20,000 nt of DNA from an uncultured virus (IMG/VR IMGVR_UViG_3300010049_000003) (Duplodnaviria; Heunggongvirae; Uroviricota; Caudoviricetes), in IMG/VR virus record IMGVR_UViG_3300010049_000003; one strand, given 5' to 3'. Position numbers and translations under genes: made by a program. This document shows positions 5,779-14,301 of this stretch, in pieces. The first letter of the stretch is position 1. Every line of letters starts with the position of its first letter. A model generated the notes under the pieces. The model was not told where the DNA came from and ran no database searches. It saw only the letters and a program-made list of their open reading frames with translations.

Positions 5779-5849
5779 GGGACGGGTTGGTACAGGCCAG
5801 TTACTCTCGCCCAGTAGCCTGCCTGAGGGTTCGACTCCCTCCTGTCCCA
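5779..5849 (+). tRNA. Non-canonical tRNA-like gene (nominal anticodon CGC)
   Basis: Acceptor GGGACGG/CTGTCCC plus A; perfect T-arm GAGGG-TTCGACT-CCCTC; 3-bp D-stem; anticodon arm TTACT-CTCGCCC-AGTAG; no CCA. Confidence 0.6.
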
Positions 5850-5863
5850 TTGGCCCTTCTTCT

Positions 5864-5936
5864 GGCCAGGTAGCTCAGATGGTAGAGCGGGAGGGTGAAG
5901 TACTTCGCGACGGTGGTTCGATTCCGCCCCTGGCCA
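5864..5936 (+). tRNA. tRNA-Phe(GAA)-like gene with a deviant anticodon arm
   Basis: GGCCAGG-TA-GCTC-AGATGGTA-GAGC-G-GGAGG-GTGAAGT-ACTTC-GCGAC-GGTGG-TTCGATT-CCGCC-CCTGGCC-A; no encoded CCA. Confidence 0.85.
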
Positions 5937-6100
5937 TTACGAAAAAGCCTCGGGGGTTATGCAAGAATTGCCGGTGGTCAGAGCCCATCATACACAAAAC
6001 GGATATCTTATCCTGCCACCGCTATCCGCCTGCGCGCAGGGGGCAGCCGTGGCCGGTTGTAAAGTTAAGCGATTTCTGTGGTGAGTACCAAAGTAGCTGA
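5879..6100 (+). CDS. Small 4-Cys phage protein (CxxC...CHRYPP...WPxV...CGE); start uncertain
   Basis: The four-Cys motif pattern resembles a recurrent small phage family. The nearest in-frame ATG is 5879, inside the tRNA. Confidence 0.6.
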   Translation: MVEREGEVLRDGGSIPPLAITKKPRGLCKNCRWSEPIIHKTDILSCHRYPPARRGQPWPVVKLSDFCGEYQSS

Positions 6101-6110
6101 CGGAGGATCG

Positions 6111-6365
6111 ATGGCGAAACCTAAAGAAAAATTTAGAATTCCGGGACCCCCGGGGCCGATGGGCCCTGCGGGAAGCAGTGAGAATACCGACAAGCTGATT
6201 GACCAGATGCTGCGCGCCCTCGAGGTACAGGCAGTGGTCATTAATGCCCTGAGTCACGCTATAGAGGCGCTGGACGCGCACTCACAGCATGATAAGGATG
6301 AAGAAGATGATGACGAGGAGGATGGGGAAGAAGGAGAGGATAAAGAAGAGCATGAGGAAGACTGA
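6111..6365 (+). CDS. Hypothetical protein (84 aa) with a short collagen-like segment, a helix and a highly acidic tail
   Basis: GGAGG SD; GPPGPMGPAG; DKDEEDDDEEDGEEGEDKEEHEED; stop overlaps the TerS ATG. Confidence 0.75.
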   Translation: MAKPKEKFRIPGPPGPMGPAGSSENTDKLIDQMLRALEVQAVVINALSHAIEALDAHSQHDKDEEDDDEEDGEEGEDKEEHEED

Positions 6366-6778
6366 TGCCACGTGCTATTGAAGTCATCGTACCGCGCCGG
6401 GACTTTCACCCTACGGACGAGATCCGTGAGGCAGTAGCAAAGATGGTTGCCTGCGGGTTGGATGAACTTGATATAGCGTTCTTCTTGAAGATCGAGCCGC
6501 TCGATGTGCGCCGGGTGTTCCGGGACGAGTTGCGGCATGGCACCGCCTACTTCATTGGTAAGGTAGGTGGTGCCATGATCGATTCCGCCCTGCGTGGGGA
6601 TGTAAATGCCCAACGGGCTTTCCTGCAGATGCGGGGCCGCTGGGCAGCTCCCACGCGCGCGGAGGCAGATGACAATACTGCACAACAGGACGTGGATAGT
6701 AAGCGTAGGCTGATGAATAGCATTATAGATATGGTGGAAGCCAAGGTTGAACCCCCGAAGGAGAAGGTGCGCAGATGA
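6365..6778 (+). CDS. terS: Terminase small subunit (putative)
   Basis: HTH-like N-terminus, an F-x-x-EL-x-x-G...A-x-x-GDVNA-x-x-x-FL-x-x-R-x-x-W pattern, and position upstream of TerL. Confidence 0.75.
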   Translation: MPRAIEVIVPRRDFHPTDEIREAVAKMVACGLDELDIAFFLKIEPLDVRRVFRDELRHGTAYFIGKVGGAMIDSALRGDVNAQRAFLQMRGRWAAPTRAEADDNTAQQDVDSKRRLMNSIIDMVEAKVEPPKEKVRR

Positions 6779-7056
6779 AACACAAGCATAAAGAGGAACA
6801 GGAGCCACAGACTGAGGTCGAGCTTTCCACAAAGGAACCCAGGAATCAGGAGGAGGGCAAGGAGGATGCGAACGAGGTGAAGCGAGTGCCCGAGAATACC
6901 GTCTCGATCAGGGATCATGGCGGCACCGAGTTCATGCGCTTCGACCCCAGTGGTGAGAAGGATGTAGTACAGGTAACCGTCTGCGGTACCACGCAGCGGG
7001 TAAAGCTCGAGACCCTGCAGTCCTTGAAGGATGCCCTGGAACAAATGCTGAAGTAG
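6775..7056 (+). CDS. Hypothetical protein (93 aa)
   Basis: ATGA overlap with TerS; ends 1 nt before TerL. Confidence 0.7.
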   Translation: MKHKHKEEQEPQTEVELSTKEPRNQEEGKEDANEVKRVPENTVSIRDHGGTEFMRFDPSGEKDVVQVTVCGTTQRVKLETLQSLKDALEQMLK

Positions 7057-7057
7057 C

Positions 7058-8638
7058 ATGAGTCTACGGTTTTCCAGTCCGTTCGACGATCCCGGTGCGA
7101 GCCTCCACGACCGTCTAGCGGCGTTGTCAACGCAGGAACTGGCCCTGCTGGAATGGCGCATGCGATGGAAAAAGCAGGGCCGTCCCAAGCAGCATCCCCC
7201 TGCCTGGGCCTGGGATACCTGGGGCATAATGTCGGGGCGCGGTTTCGGCAAAACGCTTACAGGGTCCCATTGGGGAAGTATCCTGGCGTGCCTCAATCCC
7301 GGGACGTTTGGGGCTGTGATTGCCCCGACGTTGGACGATGCCCGCTACACGAACTTTGAGGGCCCGACCGGGATCGTCACCATTACTCCTCCAGGGCTGA
7401 TAACCGACTACAATAAGTCCGACCTGATCTTGTATTATTGGAACGGCTCGATGATTCGTGGTTTCGGGTCAGAAAAGCCAGACAGGCTGCGCGGGCCACA
7501 GCATCACTGGGTATGGGGAGATGAGGTTGCCGCCTGGGAGTATGCAGAAGACACCTGGGATATGATGGAGTTTGGGCTGCGCCTCGGTGACGAGCCCCAG
7601 ATAATGTGGACGACTACTCCCAAGCCCTTGCCGATCGTAAAGATGCTGGTTGCACAGTGTGCGCGGGACCCGCAGCGGCATGTGCTGGTTACAGGTAGCA
7701 CCGACGAGAACCGCGAAAATCTCACGAAGCGTTTCTACGAGCGTGTTGCCCGCTACCGGGGCACCAAGATAGGCCGACAGGAGCTTGAGGGCGAGCTGAT
7801 TGACCTCGAGGAATCGGGAATAGTACAGAGGAGTCAGTTCCGGCTGTGGCCGTATGACGACCCGCTGCCCCATTTCGTGCACATAGTGCTGTCATTAGAT
7901 TCTGCCTATACTGAGAAGACCTTTGATCCCCGCAGAAAGGAGCCTGACCCATCAGCGTGTGTGATTTTTGGGCTGTTTGACATCAAAGAAGTATATCATG
8001 TAATGATCCTTGACGTGTGGCGGCGCTGGCTGGGCCTGCCTGACCTGATTAAGAGGGTCAAGCATGAATTCAACAAGACCTGGGGACAGATTGATGTGCC
8101 CCTACTGCAGAAAACCGTTATTCCCAGTCGATGGACTGGCAACGCCGTGGCCTCCGGAAAAGGAATCGACGTCCTGCTTATCGAAGATAAGGGTTCCGGC
8201 ATATCTCTACGACAATCCTTGTCAATGGAAAATATATTCATGGAGCCATACAACCCTGGACGTGCTGACAAACTGGCCCGAATGCATGCCATTACGCCTA
8301 TGGTTGCTCATGGGCGGGTGTGGGTACCGGAAAGTGGCAAACGTCCGGGACATATCGTAGACTGGCTCGAGACCGAATATGAAGATGAGAACCCGGAGTT
8401 TGATCCGGATCGGGCACAGCCGGGATTTATTCCCGAGGTGTGCACCTTCCATGGGCCCGGGACGACGACCCACGACGATTATGTAGATGCTTTTTCCCAG
8501 GGGCTGAGATATTTCATGCATAAATTTGTGCTGACATTTGTGACCGGATACTCGGAGGAAGAGCGGTTGCAGATGTTGCAGGAAGATGAGAAGATCCGGG
8601 CAGAGCATGGGCGACATTATAATCCATATGCGGCTTAG
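7058..8638 (+). CDS. terL: Terminase large subunit
   Basis: Walker A GRGFGKT, LRGPQ, Walker B WGDE, coupling motif TTTP, and RNase H-like nuclease residues (SLDSA, IEDK, HDDYVDA). Confidence 0.96.
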   Translation: MSLRFSSPFDDPGASLHDRLAALSTQELALLEWRMRWKKQGRPKQHPPAWAWDTWGIMSGRGFGKTLTGSHWGSILACLNPGTFGAVIAPTLDDARYTNFEGPTGIVTITPPGLITDYNKSDLILYYWNGSMIRGFGSEKPDRLRGPQHHWVWGDEVAAWEYAEDTWDMMEFGLRLGDEPQIMWTTTPKPLPIVKMLVAQCARDPQRHVLVTGSTDENRENLTKRFYERVARYRGTKIGRQELEGELIDLEESGIVQRSQFRLWPYDDPLPHFVHIVLSLDSAYTEKTFDPRRKEPDPSACVIFGLFDIKEVYHVMILDVWRRWLGLPDLIKRVKHEFNKTWGQIDVPLLQKTVIPSRWTGNAVASGKGIDVLLIEDKGSGISLRQSLSMENIFMEPYNPGRADKLARMHAITPMVAHGRVWVPESGKRPGHIVDWLETEYEDENPEFDPDRAQPGFIPEVCTFHGPGTTTHDDYVDAFSQGLRYFMHKFVLTFVTGYSEEERLQMLQEDEKIRAEHGRHYNPYAA

Positions 8639-8843
8639 TCAACAGACACATGCGAAGTATATGAGGAAATGGCGAAGAAATCCCGGGCGCCGTGAAGAGG
8701 CTGCGGATTATCTGCGATCCTATCGGGCAGGGATGCATCTGTATACGCACGACACTGAGCAGTGGGATGGGCTATTGGCGTTTGCTAGGCGACCTCCGGT
8801 ACGCGTCCTGCCGCCGGTCGAGCACGCAGGCTTGGAGATCTAA
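8628..8843 (+). CDS. Small basic hypothetical protein (71 aa)
   Basis: Fills the TerL-portal gap, with its stop abutting the portal ATG; basic helix YMRKWRRNP. Confidence 0.5.
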   Translation: MRLSQQTHAKYMRKWRRNPGRREEAADYLRSYRAGMHLYTHDTEQWDGLLAFARRPPVRVLPPVEHAGLEI

Positions 8844-11522
8844 ATGGCCGTACCTCCAAACATGATGCCGCCTCCGGGTGCCCCCAACCCGATGATGCAG
8901 ATGATGAACCCGCCTCCAGGGCCGAGGCTCGCGGAAGAGGGCGAATGGGTAAATCTGCCGAAGGAGACCGATGCAGATGTCGTTGATACCCCTGACGGCG
9001 GTGCCGACATTACAATGTCGCCCGGGAATCATTTCCCTACTGCCGACGCGACTCGGTTCTATGACAATCTCGTAGAGTCCTTGCCGCAGGATTATCTGGA
9101 CAACATTGCCCTGGAGTTGTTGCAAAAGATCGAACGCGACAAGGAAGCTCGAGAGAAGCGCGATGAGCAATATGCTGAAGGTCTTCGTCGTACCGGTATC
9201 GGCAAGGATGCTCCGGGAGGTGCGGATTTTCAAGGCGCTTCCAAAGTTGTACATCCTATGCTTACCAAAGCATCGGTCGAGTTCGAAGCACGGGCAATGA
9301 AAGAGGTGTTTCCTGCCCGTGGGCCGGTAAAGACTTTCATTCCCGGGACTCTCACCAAGAGGCGGCTCGAGAAAGCGGAGCGGCAGGCCAAGTATTATAA
9401 CTGGTTAATGACTACTCAGATGCCGGAGTTCCGGCCCTATCTCGAGCAGACATTGACACAGGCGGCGCTCGGCGGGGTGCAATATATGCGGCATCGCTGG
9501 GATGCCCGCTTACGGCGCACTACCTCTATGACCATTCACCAGGATAAGTTATTCTTGCCCTACGATGCGGCTTCCTTGTGGGCAGCGGAGCGTGTGGTAT
9601 TCGAGGATGATATCAGTGAGCTGGAATATCGCAACCGCGTCCGGGACAAGATATATGTAGATATTGATCTCATGCCCGTGTCCCTGCGGCCTGATGAGGG
9701 AAAATCGGCGGAGGCTCGAGCGAAATCTGAGGGTAAGGAGGTATGGGAGCCATACAATCAGGACGGCATCAGGCGCACGTATGAGGTGAATACTTATTTT
9801 GACGATCTCGAGGAGAAGCTGACGAGCGGGTCGCAGGGGCCAACGGATATGTCCCTGCCATATCTGGTGTTTCTGGATGAGGCTACTCACCGGGTCCTGG
9901 GAATCCAGCGTAACTGGGAGCATACTGATAAGACTATGCAACGGTTGCATTGGATCGTTGAGTGGCCGTTTGTGCCCTGGGTCGGGGCCTATCCGATTGG
10001 CATGGTGCATATGATAGGTTCGCTGTCTGGTGCCGCAACCGGGGCGCTTCGTGCCCTGCTCGATGCTGGGCATATTGCGAATCAGAACACGAGTTATGTG
10101 CTCAAGGGGCCCAATATCTCTGGCCAGTCGCGTAATGTGATGATTGCACAACAGAACTATGTTCAAGGAGGGGTAGGTGGCGATGACATCCGAAAACTCC
10201 TCTATCCGATTACACCCCAACAACCCTCTATTACACTGTTCCAGTTGCTCGGATTCCTTGTGGATTCGGGAGAGCAGATGGTGCGGACGACCTTTGAAAA
10301 TCTGTCCGAGAATAACCCGAACGCACCGGTGGGAACTACATACGCCCTTATTGAGCAGGGTCTTGCGGTGGTCTCGACCATTATTGGTCGGATGCACTTC
10401 GCAATGTTCAACACCTTGCAGGTATTGCACCGCATTTCTCGCCTGTATGTCACCGACGCCGAGATCCATGATGAAGCGGGTGAGTTATTGGCTTATCGTG
10501 AAGATTTTCAGGGTCCCTGCGACGTCATCCCTGTATCTGATCCGGGCATACCCTCCGATGCCCACCGATTCGCCCAAATGCAGGTCGTCGCGCAGCGCGC
10601 AGATATGAAGCCGATGGTGTATAACCAACGGCGTGTAGAAAAGATGGTGTTGGAGAGGTTACGGGTCCCTGACCCGGATTCGTTCCTGATGCCGATAGCC
10701 GAACCGGTCGAGATGAATGCAGCCAATGAGAACACTGCGCTGTGTTTCGCTAGACCGATCGTAGCCTTCCCACATCAGGATCACATTGCTCATCTGCAGA
10801 CCCATATCGATTTCATAATGTCCCCGGTCCTGGGGATGCTGCCGATGATCGGGTCGAAGGTCCTGCAACCATTGCTCAATCACCTTGGGGAGCATGTGGC
10901 GTTGTGGTATCTTGGGAGGGTTTATCATACTATCGATCAGAATCTCGTTGGTGATCTAGATAATTACATGACTATTACGGATGAGAATGTTAAGCGTGAA
11001 CTGGATATGACGATCGCCGCGGCATCCAAGCGGGTAATGCAGGATGCACTGGCCATACAGCAGGGCCTACAATTGCCGGTCGTCATTCGGAAAGCACAGC
11101 AGATGATCCAACAGCTTACACCCCCTCCGCAGGACCCACGGATGGCAGCAGAATTGCAGAAAGAGCAGATCCGGCAGCAGGGCCACGACAAGGACCGGAT
11201 GTCGCGCGAGAAGGTGGTACAGATACAGCAGCAGGGGCGGCAGCAGGAAAAGCAGGCCGATACCCAACAGGAGATGGGCAGGCAACAGTCAGAAGGACAA
11301 CGGGCCCAGGCCAAGAATATTTCGGACCTGCAGCAGACATGGTTGGAGCAGCAGTTCCAGAACGCGCGACAGGAACAGGCTGACCAGACCAAAGAGAAGA
11401 TTAATCTCGAGGACAATCAGACGGCCCTGTCGATTTCGGCTGCTGAGATTGCGGCAGGGAAACATGCTAGCCTGTCGACGGGCCGTGGAACGTCGCGCGA
11501 AGGCAGAGGAGCATCACGCTAA
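8844..11522 (+). CDS. Portal protein (P22-like, 892 aa)
   Basis: Position after TerL, size, ASKVVHPML and GALRALLDAG segments, and a long Gln-rich C-terminal coiled coil. Confidence 0.88.
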   Translation: MAVPPNMMPPPGAPNPMMQMMNPPPGPRLAEEGEWVNLPKETDADVVDTPDGGADITMSPGNHFPTADATRFYDNLVESLPQDYLDNIALELLQKIERDKEAREKRDEQYAEGLRRTGIGKDAPGGADFQGASKVVHPMLTKASVEFEARAMKEVFPARGPVKTFIPGTLTKRRLEKAERQAKYYNWLMTTQMPEFRPYLEQTLTQAALGGVQYMRHRWDARLRRTTSMTIHQDKLFLPYDAASLWAAERVVFEDDISELEYRNRVRDKIYVDIDLMPVSLRPDEGKSAEARAKSEGKEVWEPYNQDGIRRTYEVNTYFDDLEEKLTSGSQGPTDMSLPYLVFLDEATHRVLGIQRNWEHTDKTMQRLHWIVEWPFVPWVGAYPIGMVHMIGSLSGAATGALRALLDAGHIANQNTSYVLKGPNISGQSRNVMIAQQNYVQGGVGGDDIRKLLYPITPQQPSITLFQLLGFLVDSGEQMVRTTFENLSENNPNAPVGTTYALIEQGLAVVSTIIGRMHFAMFNTLQVLHRISRLYVTDAEIHDEAGELLAYREDFQGPCDVIPVSDPGIPSDAHRFAQMQVVAQRADMKPMVYNQRRVEKMVLERLRVPDPDSFLMPIAEPVEMNAANENTALCFARPIVAFPHQDHIAHLQTHIDFIMSPVLGMLPMIGSKVLQPLLNHLGEHVALWYLGRVYHTIDQNLVGDLDNYMTITDENVKRELDMTIAAASKRVMQDALAIQQGLQLPVVIRKAQQMIQQLTPPPQDPRMAAELQKEQIRQQGHDKDRMSREKVVQIQQQGRQQEKQADTQQEMGRQQSEGQRAQAKNISDLQQTWLEQQFQNARQEQADQTKEKINLEDNQTALSISAAEIAAGKHASLSTGRGTSREGRGASR

Positions 11523-11668
11523 TGGCAAGACCACCGTTGAGGCAGCGTTATCAGATGGCCACTGGCGATCTGAACGCACCGCTCCGGCCAGTGGATAGGG
11601 GTTCTTCGAGGAATCCTGGTTACAAGCGGGGCGGTCATGTTAAACATCACAAAGGAAGGAGAAAATAA
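11522..11668 (+). CDS. Small basic protein (48 aa) with a PGYKRGGHV motif, not in ORF track
   Basis: TAATG overlaps at both ends. Sequence MARPPLRQRYQMATGDLNAPLRPVDRGSSRNPGYKRGGHVKHHKGRRK. Confidence 0.75.
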   Translation: MARPPLRQRYQMATGDLNAPLRPVDRGSSRNPGYKRGGHVKHHKGRRK

Positions 11669-11985
11669 TGCGGATTCATCACCGAACACCGGGAAAAGAA
11701 CAGCATAGGCTGCATGGCCATCACATTCATGGCCATCATTCAGGATCGCGTAAGCGTGGCTTACCTGGTCACCATCATGATGTTCATGCTCATGAGGGGA
11801 CCTTGCAGGGCGGCTTGCGGGGCCACCACCATGACACGCACGAGTCACATGGATTTCATGTGTCCGCTGGCGTGTATCATCACAAAACTGGTCAAGGGCC
11901 GTTCCGTGGCCAGCGGGGCCCAAGTGATACACCTTTTGGCCATTTTCCCCATAGTGGTGGGACGCTGGCAAATCGTAGGTGGTAA
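11668..11985 (+). CDS. His/Gly-rich protein (105 aa, 24 His)
   Basis: AAGGAG SD, TAATG overlap and repeated GHHH/HGHH motifs. Confidence 0.75.
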   Translation: MRIHHRTPGKEQHRLHGHHIHGHHSGSRKRGLPGHHHDVHAHEGTLQGGLRGHHHDTHESHGFHVSAGVYHHKTGQGPFRGQRGPSDTPFGHFPHSGGTLANRRW

Positions 11986-12011
11986 CTTGACGAAGTGACG
12001 AGGGGTGTGCG

Positions 12012-12218
12012 ATGATCGCACCGGAGACGATTCTGAGGTTGCTGGACCGGCTGAAGACCGAGTGGGCATTAGATGTAGCAGAGAACCCTGATAAGGGAAA
12101 TGCGACGTTCTGCCTGGGGCTGCTTTATGGCCGGACACAGGCAATCGAGTTAATTCGGGGTGGAATCCTGGACATGATCAAAGAAGAGGAGGATGAAGAT
12201 GGCGCTGGCAGCAGTTAG
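12012..12218 (+). CDS. Small hypothetical head-module protein (68 aa)
   Basis: GAGGGG SD; helical, with GLLYG...AIELI; overlaps the GroES-like gene. Confidence 0.7.
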   Translation: MIAPETILRLLDRLKTEWALDVAENPDKGNATFCLGLLYGRTQAIELIRGGILDMIKEEEDEDGAGSS

Positions 12219-12654
12219 CCTTAATGTAGCTCCAATCAAGTTTGATCAGACGCTGGCGGACGCTTTTCCGGACGTGGACCCGGGTGTGCGACCATTTGGT
12301 AGCCGCGTGTTGGTCCAGGTGAGATCGGTGAAGCAGCGTTCTGCCGGTGGCATCGAACTGGTAAAGGAGACGCAGGAAACGGTAGCCTACAATACGCAGG
12401 TAGGTAAGGTAATTGCCATGGGGCCCTATGCATTCTGCAACAGGGATACCATGATGGAATGGCCTGAGGGCGCGTGGTGTAAAGTAGGTGATTTTGTGCG
12501 GATTCCCAAGTATGGGAACGATGACAGGTGGGAGCGAGCGGTGCTTGGAGGCGATGACATAGTGATGGGTACAGCCATGTTTGCCATGTTTAATGATCTC
12601 CAATTGCTGGGGCTCGTTACCTGCGATCCGCGTGATATCGTAGCATTCATATAG
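12199..12654 (+). CDS. groES: GroES-like co-chaperonin
   Basis: VRPFGSRVLV, mobile loop SAGGIEL, GKVIAMGP and KVGDFVRIPKYG. GAGGAGG SD spacing favours ATG 12199. Confidence 0.88.
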   Translation: MALAAVSLNVAPIKFDQTLADAFPDVDPGVRPFGSRVLVQVRSVKQRSAGGIELVKETQETVAYNTQVGKVIAMGPYAFCNRDTMMEWPEGAWCKVGDFVRIPKYGNDDRWERAVLGGDDIVMGTAMFAMFNDLQLLGLVTCDPRDIVAFI

Positions 12655-12663
12655 GTGAAGTCC

Positions 12664-13680
12664 ATGGCAAAAGAAACAACCTCCGGTAAAGACGATACTC
12701 GGGAACCCGAGATCGAAGTCATTGAGGAGGATCTCCCAGAAGGTACTAAGACTGAAGAGGAAGCCCCAAAGCCAGTTGCTGGTGATGATTATGATAGGGA
12801 CGAGGATGAAGGTAGAGATGAACGGCCAGCCGTAACGCCCGGACAGGGCGAAGGCGGGCAGGTCTCACCGGAATTGACGGCCCGTCAGCGCCGCCGGCAA
12901 CGAGAGCGGGATGCGCGGAATGCGGAGCGAGTAGAGCTTGCCCGGTTACGATCCGAGAATGAGCAGCTACGGAGCCATGCAGCGCAGACCGATAGGCGAA
13001 TCTCCAATGTAGAGACATCTGCGATCGACAACCAGATAGCCTCGGTCGAACAGGAGATACATAAGGCCAACACCGTTATGTCGCGTGCCATGGCAGCGCA
13101 GAACGGTGAGGATTTTGTTGAGGCCCAGAATATCCGCGATGTCCTGCGGGACCGGCTAAATGAGCTACGGCGGATTAAAGGGGCGCAGGAAGAGCGTGAC
13201 AAGCGTCCGGCGCAGGGGCAACAACAGGGGCAACAGCCTGGGCAGTGGCGACCGACTAAAGAGCAGGTCCATAATGCTAGGATGTTCCTGCAGCGGCATC
13301 CCTGGTACCGGATTAATGGCACTGACGAAGATTCACAAACAGTTACCAGTATCGATAATGAAATGATGGCCCAAGGCGGGAATCCCAGTACCGCTGAATA
13401 TTGGATGGAGCTGGAGCGGAGAATAAATGAAGAAATGCCGCACCGTGCTCCCAAGCAGGAGGCAACCCGGGCGGCTACGAATGGCAATGGACAGGCTGGT
13501 GGCCCGCGACTCCCCGGAGGTGGAGGGGGCGGGGGTTCGGACACAGTGCAGAAATTCCATCTATCTGCTGCTCGTAAGCAAGCGCTAATCGATCTGGGTG
13601 TCTACGATGACCCCGAAAAGCGCATGAAGCACATCAAGCGCTTTATCGAGTGGGATAAAGCAAATGCAGGCAAGAAATAG
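12664..13680 (+). CDS. Putative capsid scaffolding protein
   Basis: Acidic N-terminus, long coiled coil, Gly-rich linker and C-terminal helix pair; lies upstream of the capsid genes. Confidence 0.7.
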   Translation: MAKETTSGKDDTREPEIEVIEEDLPEGTKTEEEAPKPVAGDDYDRDEDEGRDERPAVTPGQGEGGQVSPELTARQRRRQRERDARNAERVELARLRSENEQLRSHAAQTDRRISNVETSAIDNQIASVEQEIHKANTVMSRAMAAQNGEDFVEAQNIRDVLRDRLNELRRIKGAQEERDKRPAQGQQQGQQPGQWRPTKEQVHNARMFLQRHPWYRINGTDEDSQTVTSIDNEMMAQGGNPSTAEYWMELERRINEEMPHRAPKQEATRAATNGNGQAGGPRLPGGGGGGGSDTVQKFHLSAARKQALIDLGVYDDPEKRMKHIKRFIEWDKANAGKK

Positions 13681-13689
13681 GAGTTGACG

Positions 13690-14241
13690 ATGACCTCTGA
13701 ACGGGATGTAAGACTGACCAACCGCAATACCAAGTCGGAAGAACGAGCTGACCGGGCAGACGGGGATCGTTCCGTCACCGAAGACCGGCAGACTATCGAT
13801 AAGGAGCGTTTGGAGCAGTTTCGGCGTTTATTTGTAGCTGAAAAGCTTCCAAACCTTCCCAAGATTCCTGGGTTCCATACCATCTGGCTCACGACTACTA
13901 ACAATGCAGATCCGATGCATCGTAGAATGCAGATGGGGTACATACTAATCAAATCGACCGAGATTCCGGGCTATGACGACGCGGCTATAAAAGAGGGTCC
14001 GTATGCCGGAGTTATTGGTTGTTCTGAGATGGTGGCGGCGAAGTTGCCGATGGAGCTTTACGAGTTGTATATGACAGAGGCGCATCACACTCAACCGTTG
14101 AGAGAAGAAGAGCGGTTGCGTGCGATCATCGATGTCATAGAACAGGAGGCGGCCCGTAAAAAGGCACGCATTGAAGTGGAAGAAGGAAGCCGACAGCTTG
14201 GGCGACGCACACCGAAACCCAAGTTTGCGGACGTTTCCTGA
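13690..14241 (+). CDS. Hypothetical head-module protein
   Basis: AGGAG SD; LPKIPGFHTIWL...RMQMGY motif; operon position. Confidence 0.75.
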   Translation: MTSERDVRLTNRNTKSEERADRADGDRSVTEDRQTIDKERLEQFRRLFVAEKLPNLPKIPGFHTIWLTTTNNADPMHRRMQMGYILIKSTEIPGYDDAAIKEGPYAGVIGCSEMVAAKLPMELYELYMTEAHHTQPLREEERLRAIIDVIEQEAARKKARIEVEEGSRQLGRRTPKPKFADVS

Positions 14242-14301
14242 TAGGAGCGGCAATATGGGAATCGGAGGTGCGCCATGACATATTAACTTCAGGAGCGAAC
14301 A

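Noticed and set aside
5864..5936. tRNA as an attP/attL prophage boundary
   Set aside because: Phage-type genes lie on both sides, and there is no integrase or duplicated tRNA 3' end in the window.
9549..10469. 306-aa minus-strand ORF (also 6547-7296 and 12885-13544)
   Set aside because: Antisense shadows of well-supported plus-strand genes, with no motifs.
11714..11998. Hydrophobic Met/Ile-rich ORF
   Set aside because: An alternative frame of the His-rich gene (CAT repeats read as ATC/ATG); the His frame has the SD and the stop-start coupling.
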